A stretch of DNA of 43,939 nt from assembly GCF_000485595.1 (NCBI RefSeq), contig NW_014577071.1:402140-446078 (forward strand), in the 5' to 3' direction. A program made the position numbers and the translations under genes. The notes under the pieces were generated by a model, which worked only from the letters and a program-made list of their open reading frames with translations, was not told the origin of the DNA and did no database searches. This stretch comes from Priapulus caudatus. Taxonomy: Eukaryota. Shown piece by piece: positions 13,081 to 26,149 of this stretch. How positions within the stretch are numbered: the stretch's first letter is position 1; every line of letters starts with the position of its first letter.

Positions 13081-13424
13081 ACATTAAGGAATATTAATAA
13101 GGGAATTTCAAGCTCGCTGAGTACATTTTAAAATTAATTCTAAGAAATTTGAGAGTTTTTAGAACAAAAATATTAGAAAAAACAACAACAAATTGGCAGA
13201 GAATAATAATTTATTTATACATTCAAATATACATTCACACATTATATTATAAAGCTGCCCCAATATTAAATAAAAATGCACTAAAACAATGGCATAATAC
13301 TATCAAATCGGAGGAAAACGAGGTTGGTTAGAAACGAGGTTTACCCGCCATTAGGATTTTTCGCTTTTCGGATCGTAGCGCTGAATGCAAAACGAAGACG
13401 TAGGGTGGTTGTACTGACACAACA

Positions 13425-13710
13425 ATAATAACACGCACGTGGAAACAGTAACAGTAGGCGTGAGTAAACGTAAACAGTAACAGTGCGGTAACAGAAACAG
13501 AAACACGTACCTCGGCCTAACAGAAAAAAGTAACATTAAACATAACAGAAAACTTTACAGAAAAACGTAAACAGAAACAGTAAGAGTACAGTACGTAACG
13601 GTACATACGGAACGTAACGGACGTATACGTAACGTACGTAGCGCACGTGACGGAACGTAACAGTACAGTAAATGCGATGCCGAAAAAATATCTCCGTACG
13701 AGACGGAGCC
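13425..13710 (+). repeat. Degenerate AACAGT/AACAGA/ACGTA subrepeat tract ending in a short hairpin (possible Helentron-type element)
   Basis: Short-period repeats; CTCCGT-ACGAG-ACGGAG stem-loop at ~13692-13708. Confidence 0.4.
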
Positions 13711-15266
13711 GTTGTTCGTGGCGTGGTATCGACATCTCCATTGCCAAAGCTGAGTCAATTTAAGAGTTGGTAATGATCGAACGCGCCCATACTCATCATA
13801 TATGACAAGCAAATACTACTCGATATTCCTGGCGATCACGATGAAATACGACAGTTATAGCTGCCTCCTAAACACCGACATGAAGAAGCCTACACCAGCA
13901 TAACGTTGCTATCTAGTCGCCAATGTGAACATTGTCGCTAAACTGGACATTGCCAATCTGGGCCAACGTCGCTAATCTGGACATTGACAGATATATAACA
14001 ATTAAGCTAATCGTTATAGTTACTGGTCCGAGTTTAATAGAATATCAGTGGGGTTTACTGGCGCGCGAAACCTGGTCATCGATCGGAGAGACGAGAACAT
14101 CTGTTAAGCGTATAGTAGAGCCTGCACAGCGAGTTCACGCGTTAGCAGGAGATCGGCGGAATACGTGCTGCGGAGCTACTGCCAAATTCCTTCATTCTTT
14201 CGTGCAGCAAGCTCTGGATGTGATTACACGCGTCTCTGGCCCGACCGCATCAAGGAAACTGCCCTTCTTAATTATATTTATCCCGGAATGCCGCGATGAT
14301 GTGAAATACGTTGATGATGCGTTGTCATTGTAACTAAAGCTTCCTATAGAGTATAGAAGAACTCGCTCCGTAATTTGAAGGTCGCCATTCCAAATGACGC
14401 ATTTCAAAACGCTAAATTAAATGCGGATAATTACAAAGCACGAATCCTGTGACTTGCCGACGAGTCGCTCGATCCGTTTCTCATATTTCACTTGAACAAT
14501 TTATTACAAGACCATTAAAGAATGATAAATTAATAAAAAACATGGTAATATCTTTTACGAGTAAATCACATCGAAATATTGTGTTGTGCATGGATTTGAG
14601 AGCTCTTGCAATAACGGTTGGGGAGCTATATTTATAAATATTTTTTGCTGTTTGCTACATTTCCTCGTGCGTTTTTGCTCGGAAGCAAAATCAAATGAGA
14701 TCTCATCTCGTGTGAAATTACAGCTTGATAGCAAAACGAAGTTCCAGAAATAATTTGCTTTCTAAAAACAGTTATTAGTAAAGTATAAGTACCATTTTAA
14801 CACTTAGTATGCTCGCACATATAAGGCAGACCACACAATCAAACGAGATCCCACCTATTTTAAAAAACACATGCAGTTTGCTTGTAAAATAAAATAAAAA
14901 GTGAAAACCCGTGTAACAGTGCGTATACAAAAATCGCTGTACGTATGTAACAACATATTCGTATTACAGACGCCAGAAAATCACAAAATCGCACGTATAT
15001 ATGTATATATATTCTCGTATATATAAGTCAGATCGACCGCTCACAATTCGTTTACAAAAAAAGTCAGACGATCCAGATTTAACCAGGATTAAATACGAAC
15101 CGATAACATGGGGATGAATACCAGATGTTTCGATGAAGGCTGTGATGAAGCAGCTAGCATGCTCGTTACGATTTTATGGTAACAGATGAATGCTAACATT
15201 CCTTACAACTAGGTTGGAGGACAACGATTATCTGTCCATTCTCATCTCACGTATCACTTATATTCA

Positions 15267-16909
15267 TTACCTCTCCAAGACCATCAAAGCCTTGATACCA
15301 TCATACATGGGCCCCATGTTATCGTAATCAGCGCGACGCAATTATAGGCGCCTTTTAATTGTTTAAGACATCTACCAAACCACCTTTGATCGCAGTGTGT
15401 TTACTCACGGGGTTCTGCATAATGCAGTCGTGAAATAATTATAAACATATTTTTCAGAGCAAACTTGCCAACCATCCACTAGCTTTGACCTAATTCGATC
15501 GGTCCTGATCGATCCAAATTTCACCAATCAAACCGCGTTCTATAGCTCCTACAACGGACTGTACTAATGCACTTATATGTGATCGACTTATTCAACGACG
15601 CTTTCATGCATAAAACTGATCAGGAATCTGAATAACCAATAATAGTGGCGCAAGATGTGCCAGCTTATATGAGCACCCACGGGAACACAGATATCGTAGG
15701 ATCTCGACTATTCTCGTTCATGTTTTATGTTCCAAAACTCGAGATCGGAGGAATTTAATGCATGCGTCGGTCACACTCCTGAAACAAGAAGTGTACCTCA
15801 ACCCATGCCAGTCAGGGGATATATAGTAGATATAAATGCTCGAAGCTAGCGAAAGCCTCAATCTATCCGTTCTTGATCTCAGAGTACCTATTGCTAAATC
15901 CAGACGATAACGACGTGGGGGAAATTCATATATTGTAGTCATAATAATTCACACAGTTCGATTAATTAGAATATCATAAACAATCGTCGAAGAACGTAAG
16001 CCTACTTATAGTAACGCTTACAATAGGGCCCAGTATAGGCGCGTATTTGGCATGATGTAATGGCCATCACTGTTCGTTGTTCAATCGGTTAAAATGATGT
16101 CAAACTAAGCAACAAAGACGATGATATAATTGGATGATAGACCAAGCCAATTAATTTAGACAATGCGTGTAACGTCTGAGTGAATAGAGCTTTAATTGAC
16201 TAACGGTACATATGATGATAGCCATTTGGTACTGTCTGCAACAGTCTTAAGGATAGCTATACATATATATATATAGACCACATGGCCAGTGACGGTGATA
16301 TATAGTTGTCATGACGCAGAGCGATTGAACGCACGTTCCCGCCCTGCGCTCGTTTGAGTAATTCTAAATTAACATGATGCGCTGTGTTTGCTCTGAAACT
16401 GTGGTACAGTATAAGTGTAATATATGTATATAAATATAAATTCCTTTACCAGACTCGACCCACCAACGCAGATCATAAACGATACTACTGCTTACGCGTC
16501 GGCCTACAGCAGGCTGTTGAAGAATAAGCTGGATGCTGATCCGTGTATGCGCCTGCCAACTCCAGTACGATGAAGGAAGACGTACATGCCTTCTGGGTCA
16601 AGGTCGACAAATTCTTTCACTTGCACCTCTGTTCCGAAGCTTTTTAAAGATTAAAGAATCTATATTTAACGTCGGCTATCACGAACAATTAAGTTAGCCC
16701 TGATGGGCTATTATTCCGACAAACATCGTTTTCCACACTCTATCTTTTTTTGCTGAGTGCTAAGCAGAGAAGCATTTTTCAAGTCTTTGGTATGACCCGG
16801 CCGGGAGTTGAACCCACGACCTTCCACGACTAGCACTCTACCATTGAGCCATCGCTGGGGTTAGGCTTGGCTGGCATTCAGTATACTTGCATGGCAGTTG
16901 TTGGGAAGC
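15267..16909 (-). pseudogene. Degenerate arginine kinase paralog (remnants of exons 3, 4 and 7)
   Basis: 16496-16639 plus 16864-16909 match AK exon 3 ([40 protein letters not shown]). 15768-15859 matches exon 4 with deletions. 15267-15414 matches exon 7 ([27 protein letters not shown]). Contains stops, indels and a SINE insertion. Confidence 0.88.
16641..16863 (-). mobile_element. tRNA-derived SINE inserted in the AK pseudogene exon
   Basis: Minus strand: A box TGGCTCAATGG, B box GGTTCAACTCC, core GGGTCATACCAAAGACTTGAAAAATG..CTGCTTAGCACTCAGCA, tail ..GACGTTAAATATAGATTCTTTAATCTTT. Confidence 0.85.
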
Positions 16910-18719
16910 CTGAAATAGAGAAAGCACAATTAAACGTAGGCCTACTCGCCAGGCATATCCTACGGATTCTTGTACACAGAAATATCACACAGTCATCGAT
17001 AGGAACAGGTCCTTGTAGGTGCCATCTTCAACGCACATAAATTCATTAACTAGTTTACCATTTCACAAGTTCCCTTTACAGTTCACTAGTTTGATGCAGC
17101 AAATAAAGAACAATTTTTTTACACATAGATAAGTGGCGTTAGCATGTCTATATAAGCTAGCTAGACATTACAGGCTGTCTGGAAAGTCTTAACTTCTCAT
17201 ATAGTCTAGATTCAAGAAATTACAACGACAGCTAGGTATATTTATGTGGCATGCGTCGCAACTATATGTGAAGATACACGTTCGTTCGTGAATGGGGAAG
17301 TATACGTACTGCCTGCACTGGCTTGCTTTGGATACTGTTACTCTTCTGCGAAGCTTCTTCTAACGCGCACGATCACAATCTATCGAGAGAAAGAATCCCT
17401 ATACTGTAGAGCCAAGATATCGGGAAATCTCTATAGCAGGAGGCAAGACATTTCAGGAGTAGAGGCTCAGGCAACCATGTGTTCACCCCTATACGTTTTA
17501 AACGATGCCTTCAACCGTGAGCGTTGATAGAGAGTTACAGCGGCGGCATCTTACCCAAAATATCTGATTCAGATAAGCCTTAAATAAGGTTCAGTTTTCG
17601 CATTAACACGACAATTAATCAATCCGAAGTAAGTTTATCAAATTCGAAAGCGCGCACGCACGCTCATGCACCCGCACACCCCTACAGGCATGCGAAAACG
17701 TATTTCCCGCATCGGATTACAACGGCTCTATATATTTACGACCGGAGGTTTGTGCTTCAGCTAGGGAAAACGTAAAATCAGAAGCGCCTCTATCGTACGT
17801 CGTAGCCTCGGTTAATGTAATTGAATTTAACTTCATGTTAGGTTCATACAACATCAAATCGGTTATATGATTAACGGAATATTTTTCTTCAAAACTAATT
17901 ATTGTCATAAAATACTCATCATACACGCGATTAGGAATACATAATAAATATATGAAAATCATATACATAATAACATATCATTACATACATAATGTAGTGT
18001 GGGCAATGTGACAATTAACGTTATTTTAAAATTAAAAACTAGTATATATGCCACTGCTGATAGCATATTTTGAAATCGTCAAGAGCAAATAAAACCTTTG
18101 ATATGGTTTAAGGTTTGTATACCGCCCTTTCTTTAGTATTAGCATGCTGTTGATATCATTTAACATTGATACTATTAGCGCTTGAAGGGCGAGTGAATCG
18201 ACCCACATGCAGTATACATTGATTAAGACGTACCTATAACATCACACGTGACATGCATAACAGTACAATTCTCGCAGAGTGAATCAAAACCATACAAATT
18301 GAAAAACAGTGGGACGCTGAAGCGATCTGCGTGGGTTTTATAGCAACGATTAATAGTACGTGAGATTGAACAAATGTGAACGCCTCGCCGCAAAAACCAA
18401 TTGAAATTAATTAAATTGAAATTGAAGTAACTATAAACAGGCACACGGTAATGTACGCGGTATGTATTATCTAAGCGTTACAGAATGTGTTTTGTTCATA
18501 AAGTGGTACAATTGATGATTGCGTACGTGATTTCCTGCCCCATGCACTGCTTTAGCTGGCAATGACTTGACTTAATTTTTCATAGTTGGGAAAACATATA
18601 CGGCCATAGTTGGGCAGGGGTGGGGATAGTTGAGAAATTGTGACTTACGGTGATTAAACGCACGCGAATCCTGCCCAATGTATGGTGCACGGGCACTTGG
18701 GCTGTTTTAATAACAAGAT

Positions 18720-18834
18720 TATGGTAAATAAACACAAATTATATTAACTACCAAAGTCTTAATGTTTGTGCACTCTCAATCGCATAATAATTCCACGTAA
18801 CCGCCGTTCAAATGCTCCTCTGTAACACACAATC

Positions 18835-18865
<31 letters not shown>

Positions 18866-19067
18866 CTTCTTCTTCTTCTTCCTCGTCTTTTTCTTCTATT
18901 CTTCTTCTTCTTCTTCTTCTTTTTCTTCTTCTTCTATTTCTTCTTCTTCTTTTTCTTCATCATCATTATCATCACCATCATCATTACATCATCATCTCAT
19001 CCATCGCATCACTCATCAATCATCAATCAACTCATCATCATATCATAATCATCATCATCATCGTCAC

Positions 19068-19145
<78 letters not shown>

Positions 19146-19337
19146 CGTCTTCTTCGGCTAATTCTTCTTGGTCTTCTTTTTCTTCTTTTCGCTCTATCGT
19201 TATATGAGTTTGTGCAGAAGAATGCGTGTTGTAGAGGAGCATTTATACGGCATTTATGTCGAATTAGTAGGCGATAGAAAGTGAATAAACATTAAGACTA
19301 CATTGGTAGTAAATACAATTTGTCTTTATTTACCATC
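18720..19337. mobile_element. Foldback/MITE-like element: ~120-bp inverted repeats around a compound microsatellite
   Basis: 18720-18840 is the diverged reverse complement of 19217-19337; the interior is (TTC)n, (ATC)n and (AGC)n. Confidence 0.75.
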
Positions 19338-19984
19338 ATTTCATTATTAACATGTCCCTGTGCCTGTGGTATGCATAGCTAGCTGTCTTATAACTGATAT
19401 ACGTTTCTGTCAACGCTATTCTCGTAACATTAACATCAGTTGTAAGTGCTATCTTAGCAATAACATTAGCATTAACTTTACGATGTTTCTGACAGCGGCC
19501 CCCTGGCCTACAATGCTGGATTCCGTATCGCGGCATGCGTATGACGCAGGGCGTACGTCTGCATAGCAACACTGAACGATAATTAACCCCTTCAGAAAGA
19601 ATCAACACAGCTAGTGCAGACAAAATGCAGAAACACTGATACGTTTGTCTCTGGCTCACTGAGAGGCGTATGAGAACATTGTGTTATTGTTTTAGATGAT
19701 CTAATGATATGAATATTTACCTATGCGCCTATACAATATAGGCTAATCGCTGCATTTACGATTGAAAATAAAAAAGCCACGTTTGCTTTAGTATATCTGT
19801 ATGTGCACTAAGTATTTCTCCCGCGTGCAGACAACCCCCCGTTAGCCGATGATAAGTTTTTTTAAATATATTTTCAGCAATTAATTGCAAACGGCGTGCG
19901 CGTGCGTGCGGGTGTATTATTTACACGCTCACGCCAATGAGGGAAGGCAATATAAACTGCGCGCTGTATATAGAAATCCCGCTA

Positions 19985-20300
19985 TCTTTCACTTTCTGTC
20001 TTCTTCATTCTCATTCTTCACTCTTCTTTCGCTCTTACATGGCCCGATTCTCCTTCTCTAACTTTCCGTTTCCATTCTTCACTCTCTTTCGTCGCTGTTT
20101 TTATTCACTATCTTTCTCCACTCTCCTTCTTTACTTTCTTTCGTCACTCTCCTTCTTCGCTCTCTTTCCTCACTCTCTATCTCTTTCTCCACTCTCCTTC
20201 TTTACTCTCTTTCGTCATGCACTTTCCTTCTTCGCTCTCTTTCTTCGTTCTCCTTCTTCACTCTCTTTCTTCGCTTTCTCTTTTCGCTCTCCTTTCGCGC
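19985..20300 (+). repeat. Pyrimidine-rich degenerate repeat
   Basis: Recurring CACTCTCCTTCTTCGCTCTCTTT-like units. Confidence 0.7.
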
Positions 20301-22140
20301 TATTACGTGACTCGCTCCTCGTGGCAACGCGGCCACAACTTTTATTTAGACTAGCTAGCATAAATGCCCAGGAGGCGTTTCGTCCGCTGCTAGCAATGAT
20401 TCCTCTATTTTGACAAGGCAGAGTACATCGTTTCGGTCGAGCGAAATCTGACGTTCTAAACTACAAGGACCAACACGTACTTTCTGTTAGGGGGAAATGA
20501 CAGAACGCGGCTAGATGATTCTGGATTGGAACTAGGTCAGCTATAACCAGAGACAGTGAAGAGATACGCAATAGAGTCAAGGCACTATTAAAAGGGCAAG
20601 CTAAACTTTATACGGGCGCGTAACGTGAGCTGCGACCACTGGTCAAGGCGGTGTTAGAAAGCAGTGTATGACTTCATGACTGACGAGTGACGTCACTGCC
20701 AACGTCACTGGCACGTGACTCTCCAACTATGACCGCTACGTCTAAGGGCGTTTAGGCGTTGGCGCAAGCCACTGTTACACATATCAACGCATTATCTTAT
20801 GCATATAATCAAGGCATTAAAAAAAATCCTATGAGCGTGTAAATACTAAATGACCCAATGGTCTAGCTGTGTATTTTTACGTACGCGTGTGCGTGCGTGC
20901 CTGCGTACGTGCGTGTGTGTGAGTGTACAAAGGCCGTATACAGTAATTGGCGAATATCAAGCTAATAAATGAATAAAATTCAAACGTTTCGTTGCTATAA
21001 ATATTTGAATAAGAACGGTCAATGCACATATATACAGTTACATTGGCTATACCGCACGCGGTGCGGAAGGCGGGCGTATATGTGACCGTACAAACATGAA
21101 ACCATCTCAGAGATCAACAAATCACGCAGATGCATGCTCCCAGATGTGCCCGTCTTAATTTACACCATCAACGGTTGGAGGTACGCCGCGGAAGGATGAT
21201 GGTGAGAGTGTGGTATTATAGAGAACTAGTGAATGACCGAATTCGTGCACACCGAGAGATGGATAGGGCTATAGGTTAACCGTAAGTTAATTGCGTATTT
21301 CCTTGGCGATCGAGGGCGACTGCTGTGGATAATTATCTGATTTCTACATTTGCCCTTTCCTTAGGGGAAAGTGTGTGCCCTGCCCTTTACCCTTGACCTT
21401 AATTGCCCTATCCGTTTTATAGAACGGTATCATTATTATGTCTTAAACGTTCATGGTGTCGGTGTTTATTAGGCCTACTTATAGGATCTATTGGCGCCCA
21501 TATGGTCCTCCAGTACTAACGTAGAGATTGAGGTTTATTGAAGCAGATTGCATATGTATATAGTAGGTGTGCTCACATGTGTGATTCAGGTTTTAGATCT
21601 TTTCCGCAAATAGTTGACGTCATATATATATATGTTAGCAATAAAAAGCGATCAGTTGCGACTTGTGTTATAACAGCCACGCTGTAGATAAGCAGGTCTT
21701 GAGACTGTAACTGCGTGCGTATGCGTTGCATGTTAATTAGCTATGGTGACGTCACGCAACGTCCGGCTATCACGTGATCGGTTTGTCAAACATACCCTAC
21801 TACATCAGGAGTGAATATAATAATAGATTATATCTTTTTCACGTAATAATAATAATAATAATAGTAATAATAATATAATAATAGATTATATCTTTTTTCA
21901 CGTATCTTTCACGGGAATGATTGGGCTGTTTATTTTAGGTACGAGAGAGAACTAGAGCCTTCTGTTTTTAACCTAGCTGTATTTTCTGTAATATATTTGT
22001 TGAGCTCCTAAAGCAAAAACATAAGTGCATTTTTGCACGCGTGTGGAGGGGAAGGGTGATGCAGCCATTTTGGTGAAGGTTAGATGAGAATGAAGTGTAT
22101 GGCAGGTTCGTTTTGGTCATACAAAAACAGCACGCACACA

Positions 22141-22173
<33 letters not shown>

Positions 22174-22506
22174 ACACACGTACAGTTGGTACATCGCGCG
22201 AGTTTTGAGCGAGATTTTTAGGTGGAAATGAATGATAAAACAGAGAACATACACTGCGAGATCGCGGCCGGTTAATAGAGATTTCCGGATAACGGATGGA
22301 CGGATAAAGGAGGTCGGACTGTGTAAGTATATAGCCGATTTGGTGTAATAGAATGAGCATGATTTGAAAACCTGCAATGACTATGCAGTGTAATGGCATA
22401 TGCAAACAACTAAAATAAAAAAATGTATACATAAGAACTTTTACATCACAAACATCAGAAAGAAAACAGAATTATTTGATACACTCATTTACCAAAGAAG
22501 ATGATT

Positions 22507-22512
22507 TTTATT
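22507..22512 (-). terminator. Candidate distal polyadenylation signal of AK
   Basis: AATAAA ~410 nt after the stop, preceded by a U-rich tract and followed by GU/U-rich sequence. Confidence 0.5.
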
Positions 22513-22850
22513 AAATTTTTACAACAAATAACAATAAGAATATGCCAAAAAAACATTTGTAAAACAATAAATATGCAATGATAACCAGGCAGAAATTTTA
22601 TATAGAGTATACACAAGATGTCGCCAGCTATGTGCATAGATTTTGTTCTAGGTACACAATTCCTAATTCGGCGTTGTAATCATCATGCTCTGTTCACACT
22701 GACACAGTCATTTCGCCTTCAATACTAGGAACTGACTGATAACATGAATAAGAAACCTAGCTAGCTTTCTGTTCACTCAATGATGGAGAAAAAACCTGAC
22801 TTGCTTCGTCGCTGGTGTGTCAGCCGGTGATAAATGCTCACACCGCGTTT

Positions 22851-22856
22851 TTTATT
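22851..22856 (-). terminator. Candidate proximal polyadenylation signal of AK
   Basis: AATAAA ~64 nt after the stop codon. Confidence 0.35.
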
Positions 22857-22919
22857 GCCCTACAAAGGGTATTGGAGATTTCAACCTTCACTCGCTCGCT
22901 CATCGCCATGTGTCGCTTA

Positions 22920-23062
22920 TTACTTGGACTTTTCCAGGGCAATAAGAGCCTTGATTCCGTCGTACATGGCCTTCACGGCCTCGTACTCAGTGAGACCCAA
23001 ACGCCTCTTGTTGGAGACATCTACCAGACCTCCCTTGGTCTCGGTGTGCTCACCCATGGTGC
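22920..23062 (-). CDS. AK: Arginine kinase exon 7
   Basis: [46 protein letters not shown]. Confidence 0.95.
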
Positions 23063-25756
23063 CTGCAGACACGATAGGGAAAAAATCAATGCAATGAAAC
23101 CACAATTTTTGCCGTTGTCAAAATACTGATTAAAAATGGACATGGCATACCGAGCTCTCGTTTTGTAGTTACGCGATAGCGATGAAACAAAGGGACGATT
23201 ACGAAATTAAATAATTTTCTATCAATGGCTTTAAAAATAGCTTACCTCTGACTTGCATTTCGTATTTCTCAACAATGGCCTTGAACTCTGGTGTGTCGAG
23301 GGTCTTTGGCAGTTTAATGTGCACACTGGAGCGCAGAGTTGTGCCCAGGTTGGTTGGGCAGAAGGTCAGGTATCCGAGACGGTCAGTTTTGGTGAACTTG
23401 ATCTTGGGGTGGCTCTCCATCTTGTTCGCTCCCTGCAACATCAAGTACGTGCGGGATCAGATGCATGACGCAGACAAACAGAATTGCTCGTGTATACAGA
23501 AATGGTGGACATGTTGCAGTATGATACAATGCGAGGAAGATGAAAAGAGAGAGAGGGAGGGAAAGAGAGGGAGGGGCAGAGAGAGTGGGAGGGAGGAAAA
23601 GAGGGGGAGGGAAAATGGGGAGGGAGGGGAAGAGGGGAGTATGGGAAGGAGGGGAGCGAGAAGAAGAAACAGGGAGAGCGAGGGAGAGAAAGATGGAGAG
23701 AGAGAGAGAGAGAGGAAGAGACAATGACAGAGAGAGAGAGAGGGGGAGACAATGACAGAGAGAGAGAGAGGGGGAGAGAGAGGGAGAGAGAGAGGAAGAG
23801 ATACCGAGAGAGGGGAAGACAAATAGATGGAGGAGAGAGAGACAGCGTTTTAATAACCACAGAAATGACACCCAAGATGTGTGATGTCTTCACCAAAGCA
23901 ACTGCCCAAAGAGACCAAGAAATGTCACCAGTAAAATATTCAGAGAACCCAATCTCTTGGTGACACTTGTCACATGTCAAAGATAAGGTGGGGACTATTC
24001 CTTACCGTGACGAGACGCTTGTAGACCATGCCCAAGTCACCCCCCATCTGCATGGAGATGATGCGAAGGTGATCTTCCTCATTCACCCAGATCAAGAAGT
24101 TCTTCGTTGGGTTGTGGAAAATTCCACGGCCTGTTGGGAAGTGGTTGTAACCACCGGCACTCTTCAAGAACCTAGGAAGAAATTAGCAACACATGGTACA
24201 CACACACACACACACATCAATATGCTGCTGCACCATGTAAAAGATACTCTGGAAACTGCTGCTGGGATATTAGTGGCCCTGGAAACTCGCGGTCTAAAAA
24301 TAGATTCACTGCACGCGCACTCTCCCTTTTTACTGGTAACATGGTACTAGCAGACTGCCTTTCCATGCGGAGTTTTCAAAATAACGCATGGGAGGGGCCT
24401 TCTACTCAGTCGCTAAGAGTTCAAACATGGGTTTCCATTCGTCGGGCGATGATTTCGGCTGGATAAAAACGTCTTTGTTGTACCTGTCGCACTCCTGGAA
24501 CAGGAAGTGGTCTTCGATGAGTTGCTTGCGGGTGGCATCATCCATGCCTGCTAGGGGGTAGTACTTTCCGGCGAGCTCAGACTCGAAGCTAGCAAAAGCC
24601 TCCTTCAGTCTGGTCTCCATCTCAGAGTATTGCTGCAAGACAACGATACAGAGTGAGCAATGCGTACATTCCGCACAGCTGATGAAACAGAATACTGTAA
24701 TAAGAGAGATAGTATGCACATATTGCACCACGATATGGGACGCAAAAGATTTTGCTTCGGATCTGGCAGTGAATGGCAGTCCATTCACGTATCTCTCCTG
24801 CTCCTGTGTTACCGCATTACACTTACATCGGCCTGAAGCAGAGTGTTGAAGGGGAATCCTTGGATGCTCCTGCCGACTCTGATGCGGGTGGAGACGATGT
24901 ACTTGCCCTCTGGGTCAAGGTCAACGAATGCATCCACCTGCTCCTTTGTTCCGAAGTTTGGCGTTGGGTGCTTGGCAGATGGTGGGAAGCCTGAAATACA
25001 TGTATAGCAGGATTAGAAGTGCATATCTCATGATATACGCAATATATGATGAAGTGCATATCTAGAACAGGCACAAGAGAGAAAAAAACCATCAAACCCC
25101 GAATGAAAATAAATTTGGTTATGCCTGTATCTTTATGACTATAGGGGATATTATTATTCTAAGGGACTGTGCTTACTTAACAATAGCTAATACGCACCCT
25201 TGTGGTAGCAGTCGATGACTGGATCGAACAGACCAGCGAATGTGGTGTAAGATTCCGTATCAGCTGCATAGACTCCCACGTTGCTGTCATGGTTCTCAGT
25301 ACCTATCAACATAAAACGTGTTCGTCAGCATTGCCACTGGTCATGTTTCCCTGTACCAGAAACTATATAGTTTAACTATAATGAGGTTAAGCCAATGCAA
25401 CAATGCAAATTCCATTAACAAATCACGATTTAATGAAATCAGTTTGCACCGTTACATTACAACGAGTATAGAAATTCTGCACACCGACCACAAAATCTAC
25501 ATGTACATTGTGCACACGGGGAATTGTAACGCGATCAGAATCGATCGATCGTCAGTGTAATCAAAGGGCCGAGTGTCGAGTGAAGCCACCGAGACTAACC
25601 AGAAGAGATGCAGTCCTTCAGCGTCGCTCCAAGGGAGGTCTTCTTGTCCTTCAACGAGTCGACGACTTCCTTGGTCAGGAACTTCTTCAGCATAGACTTG
25701 CAGCCGGCATCGGCCTGCAGCTCAGTGAATGCTTTTACCACGTACTCAGCAGCCAT
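22920..25756 (-). CDS. AK: Arginine kinase (phosphagen kinase), 7 coding exons, 356 aa
   Basis: Exons 25600-25756, 25198-25302, 24827-24990, 24484-24632, 24006-24171, 23246-23432 and 22920-23062 total 1071 nt, with all GT-AG sites and phases consistent. Motifs: [64 protein letters not shown]. Confidence 0.96.
23246..23432 (-). CDS. AK: Arginine kinase exon 6
   Basis: [42 protein letters not shown]...MQVRG|gtaag. Confidence 0.95.
23545..23842 (+). repeat. GA-rich low-complexity tract in AK intron 5
   Basis: Direct inspection. Confidence 0.85.
24006..24171 (-). CDS. AK: Arginine kinase exon 5
   Basis: [55 protein letters not shown]|gtaagg. Confidence 0.95.
24484..24632 (-). CDS. AK: Arginine kinase exon 4
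   Basis: [50 protein letters not shown]. Confidence 0.94.
24827..24990 (-). CDS. AK: Arginine kinase exon 3
   Basis: [54 protein letters not shown]|gtaagt. Confidence 0.94.
25198..25302 (-). CDS. AK: Arginine kinase exon 2 (guanidino-specificity region)
   Basis: [35 protein letters not shown]. Confidence 0.93.
25600..25756 (-). CDS. AK: Arginine kinase exon 1
   Basis: [53 protein letters not shown]|gttag. Confidence 0.92.
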
Positions 25757-25881
25757 TTTCAAATTAGGATGAGAGGCTTTGGAAAGAAGAACCGTAGTAG
25801 ACACACGAAGCGACCGCGACAGCTACACAAGGATCTCTGCAATGCAACTGCAAAAGATAAAAATCCACTCGCACCATCCCC

Positions 25882-25888
25882 TTTTATA
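25882..25888 (-). promoter_or_regulatory. TATA box of arginine kinase
   Basis: GGTATAAAAGGGG on the minus strand, ~126 nt upstream of the ATG, with an Inr-like TGCAGTT ~30 nt downstream. Confidence 0.7.
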
Positions 25889-26149
25889 CCGCAGAGCTCG
25901 CGAGCGTACAACCGGCAGGGCGCTTCGGGATTGAAACCGACCAGCTGGCTATGTGAAAATCCTGCCTCACGCAATAATACTGCGCATTGGCACGTTCGCG
26001 ATTGACCGTGTGCTGCGAACAATATGTCTGTGGAACAGAAATTGAATCCGCGCCTGGCCACTGCGCAAGTGCGGCGGCAAAAAGTTATTTTAGCAAATCA
26101 TAATCAAGTTTCACAATTGAGTTTTATAATTGCCTTGCTGTGCCGCGTC

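Noticed and set aside
13932..14333. 133-aa plus-strand ORF
   Set aside because: Non-ATG start, no recognisable motif, no supporting exon context.
16940..17560. Possible remnants of AK exons 1-2 of the pseudogene
   Set aside because: Only short ambiguous matches by eye; needs a real alignment.
15267..25756. Two-domain (contiguous dimer) arginine kinase
   Set aside because: The intact copy has its own stop and polyA signals; the second copy is disrupted.
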